From positions 109,616,001 through 109,680,000 of the forward strand of contig NC_043000.1 in NCBI RefSeq assembly GCF_006345805.1: 64,000 bases of DNA, read 5' to 3'. Below, in pieces: positions 62,092 through 64,000 of this stretch. The notes beneath the pieces were generated by a model, which saw only the letters and a program-made list of their open reading frames with translations, searched no databases and had not been told where the DNA came from. The stretch's first letter is position 1; each line of letters starts with the position of its first letter. The position numbers were made by a program, and so were the translations under genes. The stretch comes from Octopus sinensis (Eukaryota).

Positions 62092-64000
62092 TCTTGTCTT
62101 GACTTTTATGAACGTGTCAATTACTAATTGTTTTAACGAGCTTTTGTTCATTCAGTTTTATTGCGTTCATTAGCAACCTACACAATACCTTTTCTATAGT
62201 TTTAACTCAGGGTAACATGAGAAACAAATGTATGTGAAAATGTGTAATTGTTTCCACACAGATTTTTATTTCCTGCCCGTAATTGTGCTTCTGGTTGGTA
62301 ACCCTCTTAGAATTTAGTTTCACATACCTAAACAGAATATTAAATGGAACAAGTGAAAGAGAGAGAGATACGCATATGTAATGGATGCTAAGTTGCCTCG
62401 TTATAATTTTGATTGAAACAACATTGATAAAAATCATTGTTTCTGGAGATGTATTTGATGTATTTTTTTTTTTTAAGTCAGTGAAAGCTTTTTTTACTTT
62501 TTATTTTTTTCAACTCTTTTTATGCCTTCTCACCTGAGACCAACCCTGGTTCCATAACACACAAAAGCTTACCATTTTAAAGTGTTCATATTAAATTATG
62601 ATCTTCTCTGCTATTTATCTCTTTGAACTTCTTAGTGACCATTCTCATTCTTTCTCTTCTAAATGTGGGTAGCCATGCAGCTTCTCTTCAAAAATCTACT
62701 CTGCCACCCCAACCACTTTCTATCCTACATTAACCCATCATCGCTAAACATAAGGTTGCCTTGCCTTCCTTGATGTTTGTAGTTTTTGCTAGCTGCATGT
62801 TAACCTCACTAGTGTTGGTGCCACATGAAAAAAACACCCAGTTTTTTGGGTAAAGTGGTTGGTATTAAGAAGGACATCCAGCTGTAGAAACCATTCAAGA
62901 GCAGAAACTGAACACTCTACTGTCCTTAGAACCATCATATTCTTCCAAACTGTCCAACCTTTGCCAGTATGGAACATGGCTGTTAAATGATGGTGATGAT
63001 AATGATGTATTTTATATTTAAGAACTTTTCAATTGGTTATGCTTTAAACACCAGATGAACCCTTTTTATTCAAACTGCCTGAAACTGCCCCTGGTTCTAG
63101 AATACCAACTTCCTATTTTATGGTGATCTACAATGGTGGTGCTCCAGCATGACCGCAGCCGCATGACTGAAATGAGTAAAAGAGTACAATTTAATCTTCC
63201 AAAAATTTCAAATTAATTTATGTTCCAGATTAATTAATGACCAAGTTATTTTACTAAATTCTTCATTATTTACAAAATGAATTGAAACAAAAGCAGAAAA
63301 GGTTATTTTATGAGATTCTTCAAAATTTCTTGATTGGTTGGCACAAGAATGAGACTGTGTCGTTAAGAAGATTGCTTTACAACCTCGTGGTTCTGGTTTC
63401 AACTCTGCTGGGCAACACCTTGAACAAATGTCTTCCACTATAGTCCCAAGTCAACCAATTCCTTGTTAGTGAATCTGATAAACAGAAACTGTGTGGAAGC
63501 CTGTTATGTGTGTGGGGGGGTGTTTGTGTCTGTATTTGTTACACCCCCCCCACTTTACAACCATAACCGATTTGTGTACATCCCCATAACTTAGCAATTC
63601 AGCAAAAAAAAATAATAATAATTACCAGACCTAAAAGGCCAAAAAGCCTGAAAAAACCTCTCAAGTCCTGGGGTTGATTTGTTTGACTTAAACCCTCCAA
63701 GGCAGAACTCCAGCATGGCCACAGTCCAATGACTGAACAGAGTAACAATTTTATTCTATTTTATTTCCCAGTGCAATATTTCCTGTTCTCAGTCCAGTCT
63801 GTTCTTATAAAAGTGCAGAAAGGAAATAGAACTAAAAAAAAAAAAAGTAAAAAGACCCACAACTAAGCAAATATTTGTTTCTATTACAAAGAAAGACTAA
63901 TGATAAAAATTCATTCACTGAATTTTGCTGAGTCAACAGATTTCAATGTTTCAATGTCAAATCGGTTCATATTTTATTCTGATTTGCATCACTGACCACC

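Overview
AT-rich, repeat-dense animal genomic DNA; the SINE/RTE/microsatellite make-up suggests an octopod cephalopod (inference). Two genes sit head-to-head with start codons 246 bp apart. RPL11 (uL5) is on the minus strand: coding exons 1-4 are found, and the last ~39 codons were not found and presumably lie left of the window. A complete 19-exon DRC1/CCDC164 (dynein regulatory complex subunit 1, 795 aa by my splice model) is on the plus strand at 10957-38202. The shared promoter has a TCT/5'TOP initiator on the RPL11 side and an RFX X-box on the DRC1 side. RPL11 intron 4 carries three paralogous box H/ACA snoRNAs: a recent ~98% identical pair plus an older diverged copy. The 5' pocket of the pair fits the conserved 18S site guided by SNORA24 in human. 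The repeat fraction includes at least three unrelated families of minimal, Penelope-type hammerhead ribozyme motifs; one is a tRNA-headed fold-back retroelement with a hammerhead in each inverted arm. Also present: two decayed mariners, a mariner MITE, a perfect 159-bp inverted copy of one mariner inserted 6.3 kb away, CR1, RTE, R4 and CRE LINE fragments, and many SINEs. No gene could be identified in 38.3-64 kb, although 46-50.7 kb is CpG-rich like a promoter. Nearly all entries in the ORF track are spurious or repeat-derived. All analysis was by eye; no searches or folding programs were run.
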